Source: an uncultured Thermoplasmata archaeon (GTDB lineage Archaea > Thermoplasmatota > Thermoplasmata > Lutacidiplasmatales > UBA184). Taken from it: a stretch of DNA of 64,000 nucleotides. Under the pieces are notes generated by a model. It worked only from the letters and a program-made list of their open reading frames with translations. It was not told the DNA's origin and made no database searches. Made by a program: the position numbers and the translations under genes. The stretch lies in contig CAVSTD010000001.1 in assembly GCA_963730815.1 (NCBI GenBank), positions 211,941-275,940 on the forward strand, in the 5' to 3' direction. Positions 37,283-46,700 of this stretch are shown here, piece after piece (the stretch's first letter is position 1; every line of letters begins with the position of its first letter).

Positions 37283-38178
37283 CCGAGCCCGCCTCCGGGT
37301 TCGCCGATTCCGTCGATTCGGTCATCCGCGCGCTCTCCGGGCAGCACTACGTGACCGAGCGCGGTCTCGCGACCGCGGTCTACCTCGCGATCCGTCTCGA
37401 GAAACCCCTTCTTATCGAGGGGGAGCCGGGGTGCGGGAAGACCGAGATCGCGAAGGCGCTCTCGGCGGCCTCCGGTGGCGAGCTCATCCGGCTGCAATGC
37501 TACGAGGGCCTCGACGCCGCGGCCGCGCTCTACGAGTGGGATTACCCGCGGCAGCTGCTCACGATCCGCCTCCACGAACGAGACCGGACGACGGCGCAGC
37601 TCGAATCGGAGATCTACACCGAGAGGTTCCTTCTCCGACGGCCGCTCCTGCGGGCTCTGGAGGGAAAAGGACCGGTTCGACCCGTCCTGCTGATCGACGA
37701 GCTCGACCGGGCCGACGAGGAGTTCGAGGGATTGCTCCTCGAGGTCCTCTCGGAATTCCAGGTAACGGTTCCCGAGATCGGCACGATCCGAGCCAGTACC
37801 ATCCCCCTCGTGATCCTCACCTCCAACCGAACCCGCGAGCTCGGCGATGCGATCAAACGCCGGTGCCTCTACGCCTACATCGGCTATCCGTCGGCGGAGA
37901 AGGAGGTCGAGATCCTCCGCCAGAAGGTCCCAGAGCTCTCCCTGCACTTTGCGCAGGAGATCGCGGAATTCGTCGGACGGCTGCGGACCCGCGAGGACCT
38001 CGCGAAGCGACCGGGCGTGGCGGAGACCCTCGACTGGACCGCCGCCCTTCTTGCGCTTCGGGAGCACTCCCTTCGACCGGAGACGATCGTAGAGACCCTC
38101 GGGCTCCTGCTCAAGGACGCCCACGACTTGGAAACGTATCGGAAGGAGAAGGTCGCCGAGCTCCTCGCAGCTCCATGA
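37279..38178 (+). CDS. coxD: MoxR-class AAA+ ATPase (CoxD-like)
   Basis: Walker A LLIEGEPGCGKTEIAKAL, Walker B VLLIDELDRADEE, and an AAA_3/MoxR-like C-terminal lid. ATGA overlaps with both flanking genes. Confidence 0.85.
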   Translation: MTEPASGFADSVDSVIRALSGQHYVTERGLATAVYLAIRLEKPLLIEGEPGCGKTEIAKALSAASGGELIRLQCYEGLDAAAALYEWDYPRQLLTIRLHERDRTTAQLESEIYTERFLLRRPLLRALEGKGPVRPVLLIDELDRADEEFEGLLLEVLSEFQVTVPEIGTIRASTIPLVILTSNRTRELGDAIKRRCLYAYIGYPSAEKEVEILRQKVPELSLHFAQEIAEFVGRLRTREDLAKRPGVAETLDWTAALLALREHSLRPETIVETLGLLLKDAHDLETYRKEKVAELLAAP

Positions 38179-39327
38179 ACTCCGGGACCTCATCGCCCGC
38201 CCTCGGGAACCGCCTCCAGACTCGCGTCCAAGGGTTTCTCGACCGTCTGAGAGACCGCGGGCTGAGGAGCGGCCTCGCGGCCGGTGTCGACCTGAGCCGG
38301 GCGCTCCAGGCGCTCCCGATCCTCGACCGCAACGCGGTCCGGGAGGCGTGTCGAGCGACCGTGGCCAAATCTCCGGCGGAGCTCGCGGTCGTGGACCGCG
38401 TGTTCGAGGAGTACTTCGGGTCCTTCGACCTTCCCGTCACTCCTCCTTCCGAGGAGGGAAAGCTCCCGCAGGCCCGAGACCGTCTGGGCCGAGCTCCCTC
38501 GGGCTCGAACGACGCCGGCCGAGGAGCGGGAGCAGGTCGAGGAGGAGCTTCACGGACGCTACAGCCCGGAGGCACCCTCTCCGGTACCCCGACGAGTCCC
38601 GCTCGCCTCCGAGCGATTGCGCCGCTACCGTGCCGGGGCCCGTCGGTTTCGTCGGTCCGTGGCGACGCTGGCCGGGTCGCCGTTGGCGAGTCCCACCCGG
38701 TCGGGTCCGTCGACCTACGTCGAACGGCGCGCGCCGGTATTGCGGTCGGGCGGCGAGTTCGTCGAGCTGGCTCGCCGGAACCGCTCTCCCCGCCGGGCGG
38801 ACCTCGTTATCCTGTGGGACGTCAGCGGTTCGATGCGGGAGCATACGACGGATCTCTTCGGTCTGGTCTACGCGCTTCACCGGGTCGTGCGGAGAACTCG
38901 GGTCTTCGCCTTCGGCCACGACCTCGTGGAGGTGACCCAGCTGTTGGCCGGTCGTTCCTACGAACGAGCCCTTCCTCTGCTCGCCGACCGTCTCCGGCCG
39001 ACCGGAGGAGGGACCCGGATCGCGCATTGCCTGAACGAGTTTCGACGGCGCCACGAGAGCGAGGTCCGGCGCACCTCGACGCTGATCGTTCTGAGCGATG
39101 GCTGGGACCTGGGCGAACCGAGCGAACTCGCCGACCAGTTCCGCCGACTGCGCGGTCGGGCACACCGATTGGTTTGGGTCAATCCGTACGCGGCGCAGGT
39201 CGGGTTCCGGCCGGCTACCGCGGCGCTCCAGGTCGCGCTGCCGTACGTGGACCTCCTCGCGAGCCCGGAGGATTTCCCTTTGCCCCATGGACCCACCCGC
39301 CGGGCCCGCTCTCCGGTGCCGGGCTAA
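38175..39327 (+). pseudogene. coxE: VWA-domain protein (CoxE-like), reading frame changes at least once as assembled
   Basis: The N-terminal part (MNSGTSSPALGNRLQTRVQGFLDRLRDRGLRSGLAAGVDLSRAL...VFEEYFGS) is in the frame of track ORF 37431... The VWA part (ADLVILWDVSGSM...VLSDGWDLGEP...WVNPY) is in the frame of ORF 38617..39327. The conserved GSVDLRRTARAG is readable only in the first frame around 38700-38740. The span is 1153 nt, not a multiple of 3. Confidence 0.7.
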
Positions 39328-39401
39328 GCCCCGGGTCCGTCGGAAGGCTAATTCGCTCGAGCGACTCCCCAGGTCCAACGGTGCCGGGGAGGACAGCGAA
39401 C

Positions 39402-39848
39402 GTGCACGCAGAGGGGAGCTTCGCCGTGCGCCGCGACCGCGACTCGGTCTTCGCGTTCTTTACGGATGCCCGACAGCTCGTCGATTGCCTCGACGATCCG
39501 CACACTGTCGAGGTCGTGGACCCCACTCACTTTACGGGAACGGTCACGACAGGCGTCGCGTTCATCCGAGGGACATTCCGAATGACGGGAGAGTATCTCG
39601 AGACCCGGCGGCCCGAGCGGGTCGCGGCGAAGCTTCACGGCGTGGGACTCGGGAGCGGGGTGGACGCCACGATCTCGACCGACCTGCTCGACGCCGAGGG
39701 TTCGACGACCGTCCGTTGGACGGCCGACCTCAAGTTCTCGGGCCCGATCGCCTCGGTCGGGGAACGGGTGATTCGCGGCACTGTGGACAAGAAGACGCAA
39801 GGGCTCTTCGAGAATGCACGCCGTCATCTCGAAACCAGCGGGGCATAA
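39402..39848 (+). CDS. coxG: SRPBCC-fold protein (CoxG-like)
   Basis: GTG 39402 is preceded by GGGGAGG. The sequence EGSFAVRRDRDSVFAFFTDARQLVDCL...VRWTADLKFSGPIASVGERVIRGTVDKKTQGLFENARRHLE fits the CoxG/polyketide-cyclase SRPBCC pattern. This is the tail of track ORF 37431..39848. Confidence 0.72.
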   Translation: MHAEGSFAVRRDRDSVFAFFTDARQLVDCLDDPHTVEVVDPTHFTGTVTTGVAFIRGTFRMTGEYLETRRPERVAAKLHGVGLGSGVDATISTDLLDAEGSTTVRWTADLKFSGPIASVGERVIRGTVDKKTQGLFENARRHLETSGA

Positions 39849-39939
39849 GGAAAGCGTTTCACGGGGTACGTCGGGACCGACGGCTCCCCCGACGGGGTTA
39901 TGCGGTGGGACTCCTCACGCTCGGCGAGGGGTCCGAGCG

Positions 39940-40392
39940 ATGACCGTCGACTTTGTTCTGAAGAAAATGCCGCGCCTGCGTGTCGCCTCGATCAAGTGGA
40001 AGAGCCCGTATAGCGATGCGCGGATCCAGAAGCGATTCGAAGAAGTGGAGAAGTGGGCCAGGGCGCACGGGCTCACGACCGGTCGCTGGGTCTTCCGCGA
40101 ACCGGCCGAACACGTCTTTGATACAGGCATTGAGGTCCGGGGGAAGGCCCGTTCACAAGGGCGGGTCAAGGTGCAGACGCTCCCGGCCGCTACCGTGGTG
40201 AGCGTCATGTTCGACCCGAACGTCGTGGCACCGAGGGTGGTATACCATGGTCTCGCTGACTGGCTGAAATGGCAACGCAAGTCGAAGGAGATCCGGTCGG
40301 TCGGCGCGTATCGAGAAGTGTACTCGGGGAATCCCTGGCGCGACAAGAAAGCGTGGTCGCGGACCGAGATCCAATACGTCGTTCGAAAGTAG
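39940..40392 (+). CDS. GyrI-like small-molecule-binding domain protein
   Basis: About 150 aa starting MTVDFVLKKMPRLRVASIKWKSPYSD. The two-repeat beta-alpha-beta-beta pattern and length fit the GyrI-like/effector-binding family. Moderate certainty. Confidence 0.55.
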   Translation: MTVDFVLKKMPRLRVASIKWKSPYSDARIQKRFEEVEKWARAHGLTTGRWVFREPAEHVFDTGIEVRGKARSQGRVKVQTLPAATVVSVMFDPNVVAPRVVYHGLADWLKWQRKSKEIRSVGAYREVYSGNPWRDKKAWSRTEIQYVVRK

Positions 40393-40482
40393 AGAACGAC
40401 CCTCGGCCGAATCTTCTCGGGCGGGCCTCCTCGTGGACCGAATCGCTGGCGGCCCGCGCGAGGATAGATAATCCCGCCGGCC

Positions 40483-41226
40483 TTGGGAAGACGAGCCGCG
40501 GAGGATGAACGAATGGCCGTCTCGATGATTCCCCACACGGCGCAGGACCAGACCGGAGCCTTCCGTCTCGCAACGGGAGCCGCGCTCGGCCTCGCAGCGG
40601 CACTTCTCGGCATCGTCATCCCCGTGCTCCTCGTCCTCATTGCATCGTACGACCCGGGCGGGTTCGTCGCCCTGAATCAGGCCGGTTTCCTGGAAGCGAC
40701 GGGGCTGTTCATCCTGGCCGGCGCCCTTCTTTTCATCTTTTGTTTCTTGATCTACCGCAACGGGTTCGCCCATCTGCGCAAGGTCGACCGCCGGTTCACG
40801 ATCGCGTCCGTCCTCTGCCTGGTTGGGAGCCTCGGGTTCCTCCTCATCCTGGTCGCGGCGGTCGTGATCGTCGGCTCTTCCGCTTCGCTGCTTACCTGCA
40901 TCAACGGCCAACCCTCCCACGCCCTTTCTTGCCTGCGCTCGGGCCAGCCTCTCGGTGCTTACACGGGCCTGATCGGTTTCTGGCTCGGTTGGCTTGGGGG
41001 TGTCGGGATCGTGCTGGGCCTCTCCGCAGGGTCGTCTCGTTTCCATAACCGGGAGGTGGGGCTGGGCGCGGCCTTCTACGCGCTCCTCCTGCTGGTCCTC
41101 ATCGGCCCGTTCGTCGCCCTCGTGGTGACGTTCCCGGGAGTCCAGTACATCCTCTTCGCCGTTCCGGTACTCGCGCTGCTCGCGCCGTTTTTCGTCTACC
41201 TCGGCGCGGGAAGGATCGCTCCGTAG
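40483..41226 (+). CDS. polytopic membrane protein (DUF973-like, hypothetical)
   Basis: Five or six hydrophobic helices. The architecture and the motif FIFCFLIYRNGFAHLRKVD resemble the archaeal DUF973 family. An alternative start is ATG 40513. Confidence 0.5.
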   Translation: MGRRAAEDERMAVSMIPHTAQDQTGAFRLATGAALGLAAALLGIVIPVLLVLIASYDPGGFVALNQAGFLEATGLFILAGALLFIFCFLIYRNGFAHLRKVDRRFTIASVLCLVGSLGFLLILVAAVVIVGSSASLLTCINGQPSHALSCLRSGQPLGAYTGLIGFWLGWLGGVGIVLGLSAGSSRFHNREVGLGAAFYALLLLVLIGPFVALVVTFPGVQYILFAVPVLALLAPFFVYLGAGRIAP

Positions 41227-41321
41227 ACCCCTCCGCGGATTCCGGTGAACTGAAATCGGGCGAGCGTCTGCCCTAAGTCCCCGTCGAGCCGATCCTCTCG
41301 GAGGAGGATCACCACGGAGCG

Positions 41322-41897
41322 GTGAGAACCATGTCGAACGCAGCGCCCGGAAACGCGAGACCTTCGGAGACCGCCACCCTGGGAGGGGGATGTTTCTGGT
41401 GCACGGAGGCGATCCTCTCCGAGCTCTCCGGCGTTTCCCTGGTCGTCTCCGGGTACGCGGGAGGGACGGTTCCCCGCCCGACCTACGAACAGGTGTGCAC
41501 GGGTCGCACCGGGCACGCCGAGGTCGTCCAGGTCACCTTTGACCCGAGCGTCGTGAGCTACCACGACCTGCTCACGGTCTTTCTCACGACCCACGACCCG
41601 ACCAGCCTGAACCGACAGGGGAACGACGTCGGAACCCAGTATCGCTCGGTGGTCTTCTACCACTCTCCGGCGCAACGGGAGACCGCGGAGAAGGTGATCG
41701 ACGAGCTCGAGACCGCCGGCCTTTGGAAGCGGAAGATCGTGACGGAGCTCGCGCCGTTCTCCGAGTTCTTCCCGGCGGAGGAGTACCACCGCGATTACTT
41801 CCGGCGGAACCCGGGAAGCGGGTACTGCCGCGCCATCATCGCCCCGAAGGTCTCCAAGTTCCGTAAGCAGTTCGCCGCGCGTCTCAAATCCAGCTGA
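41322..41897 (+). CDS. msrA: peptide-methionine (S)-S-oxide reductase
   Basis: Active-site GGGCFWCTEAI, plus GHAEVVQVTFDP, YHDLL and EEYHRDYF. Confidence 0.92.
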   Translation: MRTMSNAAPGNARPSETATLGGGCFWCTEAILSELSGVSLVVSGYAGGTVPRPTYEQVCTGRTGHAEVVQVTFDPSVVSYHDLLTVFLTTHDPTSLNRQGNDVGTQYRSVVFYHSPAQRETAEKVIDELETAGLWKRKIVTELAPFSEFFPAEEYHRDYFRRNPGSGYCRAIIAPKVSKFRKQFAARLKSS

Positions 41898-41921
41898 GTG
41901 CCCCGTCCCGGGGCGGATGCG

Positions 41922-42500
41922 TCACAGGGCGAGGAACAGGAAGTACGCCGCGAACGCGAAGACGAGGACTCCCGACACGACGAGAACGCCCCGAGCGAAG
42001 TCCGGTCGACGTTCGGTTCCGGTGTGCACGGCCCAGGGAAACACGACGATCCACACCGCGATAGCGCCGAAGAGCCCGACGAACAGCACGAGGCCACCGA
42101 GGTACGCGAAGGCGAGGCCGGCCGTCAGCCACCAGACAATCTGGAAGGGGTTCGAGATCCCGAGGCCGAGCGCTTTCGTGTAGGTCCGAAGGCCGTTCGT
42201 CTCCGGCGGCGGGTGCCGAGTGGCGCGCCGGAGGAGACCGATCCCGAGATAGACCATCACCCCCGCACCGATCAGGTAGATCCAGCGCAGCCCGGCGGTC
42301 AGGTCCACTTCGGAATGCAAACCGTACACGAGAATGCCCAGGACGAGGTCCGCGCTCATGGCCCCGAGTCCGGCCGTCACGCCCTCCCGAAAGGAGCGGA
42401 CCGACTGCGACGCGATGAACGCGTTCATCGGTCCCGGAGGAATGGTTAGCGAAAAGCCGAGGAGGAGGCCGAGTCCCAGGGCAACGACGACCGGGTCCAC
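41922..42500 (-). CDS. LysE/RhtB-family amino-acid exporter
   Basis: N-terminal FSLTIPPGPMNAFIASQS motif, six TM helices, about 190 aa. Confidence 0.8.
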   Translation of the reverse strand: MDPVVVALGLGLLLGFSLTIPPGPMNAFIASQSVRSFREGVTAGLGAMSADLVLGILVYGLHSEVDLTAGLRWIYLIGAGVMVYLGIGLLRRATRHPPPETNGLRTYTKALGLGISNPFQIVWWLTAGLAFAYLGGLVLFVGLFGAIAVWIVVFPWAVHTGTERRPDFARGVLVVSGVLVFAFAAYFLFLAL

Positions 42501-42563
42501 GTTCGTGTCTCCTCGATGCGCGGCTCCGGAACTCCCGGGTCGTGCGCGACTTCCGTCGTCCCA

Positions 42564-42941
42564 CTACCCGCCGGAGGGCGGGACCCGTCGGCCCTCGATC
42601 GTGATGACCCGGCTGGCCGGACGCTTCCACGTCAGGGCGAGGATTCCACCGATGAAGGTGAGCAGAAATCCGAGAACGAACCCACCGAACGCGACGGGAA
42701 TGCTGACGAGCGCGAGGACGATCGCGAGGACCCCCCACACCGTGTGACCCGAAGGGACCGCGAGCATCAGAAAGCCGACGATGAGCGTAAGGAAACCTAC
42801 GAGCAGTCCGAGCAGGAACACTCCGCTCACGAAACCGAAGACCGCGAGTACGGCGCCGATCAGTGCGAAGACAAACCCTCCGATCAGGATGAAGAACCCG
42901 CCGATGATCGTCAGGACGCCGGCGCCGATCGGTCGCGGCAT
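42564..42941 (-). CDS. small polytopic membrane protein (hypothetical)
   Basis: The internal ATG 42941 gives MPRPIGAGVLTIIGGFFILIGGFVFALIGAVLAVFGF... with four Gly-rich helices. The upstream part of the track ORF is antisense to the MOSC gene. Confidence 0.5.
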   Translation of the reverse strand: MPRPIGAGVLTIIGGFFILIGGFVFALIGAVLAVFGFVSGVFLLGLLVGFLTLIVGFLMLAVPSGHTVWGVLAIVLALVSIPVAFGGFVLGFLLTFIGGILALTWKRPASRVITIEGRRVPPSGG

Positions 42942-43094
42942 AGCGGATTCAGAGGAGCGAGAGGAGAAAAGGACGCTTCCGCGGCCACGCTTGCGTGTCG
43001 GGGACGCTTTCACGGCCGTCGCCGACCCCCAACCTATTTCGGCCTGCGAATCCGTTCGCTCGAACGGAGGGCCGAGTTGAACGAGAGGTCCCAC

Positions 43095-43580
43095 GTGGCG
43101 GGGCGGGTCATCGAGCTTCATCGAAAGGCCGAGGTCGCGGGCGAGCACGGTCTCCCTAAGCCGTCGGTGCACGAGGCGTTCGTCTCCCGCTCCGGCTTGG
43201 TCGGCGATTTCAATCGCTTCCGGCACGAAGAGAAGAAAGACGATCCGGCGATGGCGCTGCTCCTCGTTCCCCGCGAGACCCTCGCCGAGCTATCGCGCGA
43301 AGGCTGGCCCGTCCGCCCCGGGGACCTCGGGGAGAACCTCACGACCGAAGGGATCGGATACGATGCGTTCGTCCCCGGGCGCCGGTTCCGGGCGGGCGAG
43401 GCGACCCTTGAGATCTCGAAGGCCTGCACACCGTGCGACAATCTCTTCCTCCTCCCCTACGTCGGCCCTGCCCGAGGGCCCGAATTTCTCAAGGTGATGC
43501 TGGACCGGCGCGGATGGTACGCCCGAGTCCTTCACGAGGGCCGGGTTCGCGCCGGGGACCGGATCGAATCCGCCGACTGA
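43095..43580 (+). CDS. MOSC-domain protein
   Basis: VRPGDLGENLTTEGI...RFRAGEATLEISKACTPCDNL...WYARVLHEGRVRAGDRI carries the conserved MOSC Cys. The GTG start at 43095 is chosen after removing the non-coding-looking 5' part of track ORF 42516... Confidence 0.75.
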   Translation: MAGRVIELHRKAEVAGEHGLPKPSVHEAFVSRSGLVGDFNRFRHEEKKDDPAMALLLVPRETLAELSREGWPVRPGDLGENLTTEGIGYDAFVPGRRFRAGEATLEISKACTPCDNLFLLPYVGPARGPEFLKVMLDRRGWYARVLHEGRVRAGDRIESAD

Positions 43581-43742
43581 GATCTGTTCGCGGGTAAGGC
43601 GGTCGTCCAGCGTCCCGCGGATCATCGCAGGTTTCACCGACCCGCGCGAACGAAACGTCCGTTCCTCTGCAGCGGAGAGTTAAGTACTCGGGTCGGCATT
43701 TTAGGAACCTTTCTATACTCCCACGCCTCGTCGCCGTCCGCT

Positions 43743-46700
43743 ATGTCGCCGTCGCCGTTGGGTCGAAGAGCACTCTGGGTACTGCCGATCGTCATTGCGG
43801 TCTGCGCGTTCATGCTGTTGCCGGCGGGCGCTTTCCTCGGAGGAGCTTCCGCTCATCCGCTCTCCGCCGGGAGCGCGCCGTCCCCGTTGGGGGCGACCGC
43901 TTCCACCCTGAATCCCGCCCATCCGATCTCCACGACTTCGCCTGCCTCGACCGCCTCGTCGCCCTGGAATCAAGCCAGTGCGTCCTCCTCCTCCCTGACT
44001 CTCAGTTCTGCCAAGAGTGCTCAGCAATATGCCAAGGCGCTCGACAATGTCGTGGCGTCGAAGCCCGGCCTTAGCGACAGCAGTTCCCTCAGCGCGCTCG
44101 CCTCGGACATCGCCTCCGGGAAAGTCTCTCCTTCCTCCGTTTATCTTCCCAACCTGAACTCCCTCGAAAACGGGCCACAATCGTCGAACAACGGAATCGG
44201 TGTCGGCTACGTTTCGAACCCCGCCCCGATGGGGATCGGGGACTTCGGTCTCGGCACCAGCCCCTACGCCTACAACACCTCGCACTTCGCCGGTTCGCTT
44301 TCGCTCAACTCCGCGAACGCAACCTACCCCGGCGCGTACTACTTCATCACGCCTCCAACGGCCACGAACGGCTCGTACAACTCCCCGTACTACTTCGGGG
44401 TCCAGCTCAACACGGTCACCTCGAACATCTCGATCCCGGGCAACAACGACACGGCGTTCTGGACCCAGAACGTGTTCACGATGAACGGCAACTACATCAC
44501 GTTCGAGAATAACGTCTGGAACTTCTCGAACGGGGCCCTGAATCCCGGTTCCATCTACTCCGGCAGCGGGACGTTCGTCCCCGATGTGTTTTACTACGAC
44601 TACGGGCCGTCAATCTCCTTCACCTTCCCCGTCACGGTCGACCTGTTCAACAACGTAAGTGTCGTGAACCACCGCGACCAGGTGACGTTCGGATACCGGA
44701 TCACCGATTCCGGCGGTAGCATCCAGGGGATCTACGATACGGTCGTCTTCAACAACCCCTACTACCCGATGAACCCGGCGTACACCCCCGCCTTCCAGGT
44801 GAGCGGCAAGTACACCACCCCCCTCGGACTCGGCTACGACGCCGAGCTGATCTTCGGTGGCCCCGGCGGCGGGTCGAACGCAGTGTTCAACAACATCAGC
44901 GGGACGGAGACGCTCCAGTATTCGAACCAGTCGAGCGGCGGCTGGAAGTCGGTTCCCTCCGCGTACGACTTCGGCTCCGACACCGGCGAGACGGCGATCG
45001 GTGTCGCCGAGACTTGGGCACCCGGCGGAATCGTCACGCTCAGTGCGGGTCCGTCTCTTCTGTATGGCTTGTGGGGCGCGCAGCCCAGCACGGCGGTGGC
45101 TTCGGGCTCGATCGAGCTCCAGGGAACCCTCACGACGCCGAATTGGGGATTTGTCTTCGTCGGTGATGGAGGCCCCTACTACAATCAATCCTACGTGCCG
45201 ACGAACTCGTTGGGAGGATTCCTGACCTACCTTCCCCCGGTGAACTCCGTGTTCCCGGCCTCGGGCAGTTACTACGTGTTCTACCTCGCCGACGGGTACA
45301 CGTACACATACACACCATTCGTGGCGTCCCTCACCGGTGTGTCGGAAGTATTGACGGCTAATCCGGGTCAATGGGCGGAGCCGTTGTACGTTAACGGGAA
45401 CATTCAGGCCCAATCCGCAGCGACGGTTCTCACCGGTTGGGTGAGCGGTCCGTTGATTTTCAAGAACCTCGTCGTTCTCAACGGGTTGAGCAGCGGTTTC
45501 TGGGCCGCGATGTTCTTCGATCACCTGAACGATTGGGGATTCGTTTCGTTCAACATGTTCCAGGCGACGGGCGTCACCCTCGTCATCAACGTCACGAACA
45601 TGGCCCAGGGAGACAGCGATTGGAACGCGGTGGGCCAGAACAACTACTTCATGGACGGCCCGGTATTCGGCTCACCGGCGACGTTGATCGGCATCCCGCC
45701 CGCAGTGACCTACTCACTTCCGCAATACGGGTCGCTCGTGGCGTTCTATTCGGACACCCATGTACAAGTCTACAGCCAAGACGCCATCGGTTACTTCGGC
45801 GGGTCTAAGCTCGACCCCACGGGCTACTACAGCCTGAACCCCGCCGGCGGAGCCATTGTGGCTTGGAACGACCCCGGTGTCTACGTCAACGGCACCGTCT
45901 CGGTCCTCGGGTCGTACGGGGCGTACATTGCCGGGTCACCGAATGCCGTGGTGTGGGATTCTATCGGAGCCCTCGGCGCCAACGCTGTGAGCCTTGCCGG
46001 GTCGAATGACGCCAAACTTAACACGATCGTATCGGAGTTCAGCGTCTCGTGGCACAACGACGAGGGGACCGTGGACCAGACCGCGATTGCGGTCTATGAT
46101 GTCGGAAGTTCCGGCGGCTCGGTCCAGAACCTGATCGCCGCGTACGGCGCAATCGGCTACTACGGAGCCGGATCGAGTTCGACCGCCATCAACAATGTAC
46201 TGGTGGAGTACAAGGCGACCAACATCACGACCGCTGGGCTCCCCACGCTCAACACGAACGGTTTCGCGGTCGGTGTCTTCCTGACGGGAACGACCCACAT
46301 CGTCGTGACCAACACTACGGTCCTTTTCGGCGATGGGATCGGAGTCGAGGCCGGCCCCGGCGCGCTGGGCACCACGATCACCGACACTACCACATACGGG
46401 TACTTCAGCCAAGAGTCGCTTTCGGTGTTCCTCTATGGGTCCGACTGGACGAACATCACGAACACGTGGATGTACGACACCTACCTCGGCACCATCCAAG
46501 CGTTCGCCGGAAACACGACGTTCACGAACACGCTGTACTACGACAACTACATCTCGGGGTACGGTGAGTACAACAACTACACCACGTACAAGTGGCTGAA
46601 CCTGACCCTGACGTTCGACGCCGGGATCGAGTTCGGGTTCTCGGACAACAGTCTTTTCCTGAACACCAACTCGTCGGTGAACGCGGAGTGGGCGCTCGAG

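Noticed and set aside
37431-39848. 805-aa ORF treated as one protein
   Set aside because: It is a chain of an alternate frame of coxD, the true N-terminus of coxE, junk, and the true coxG, all in one open frame. It is not a single gene.
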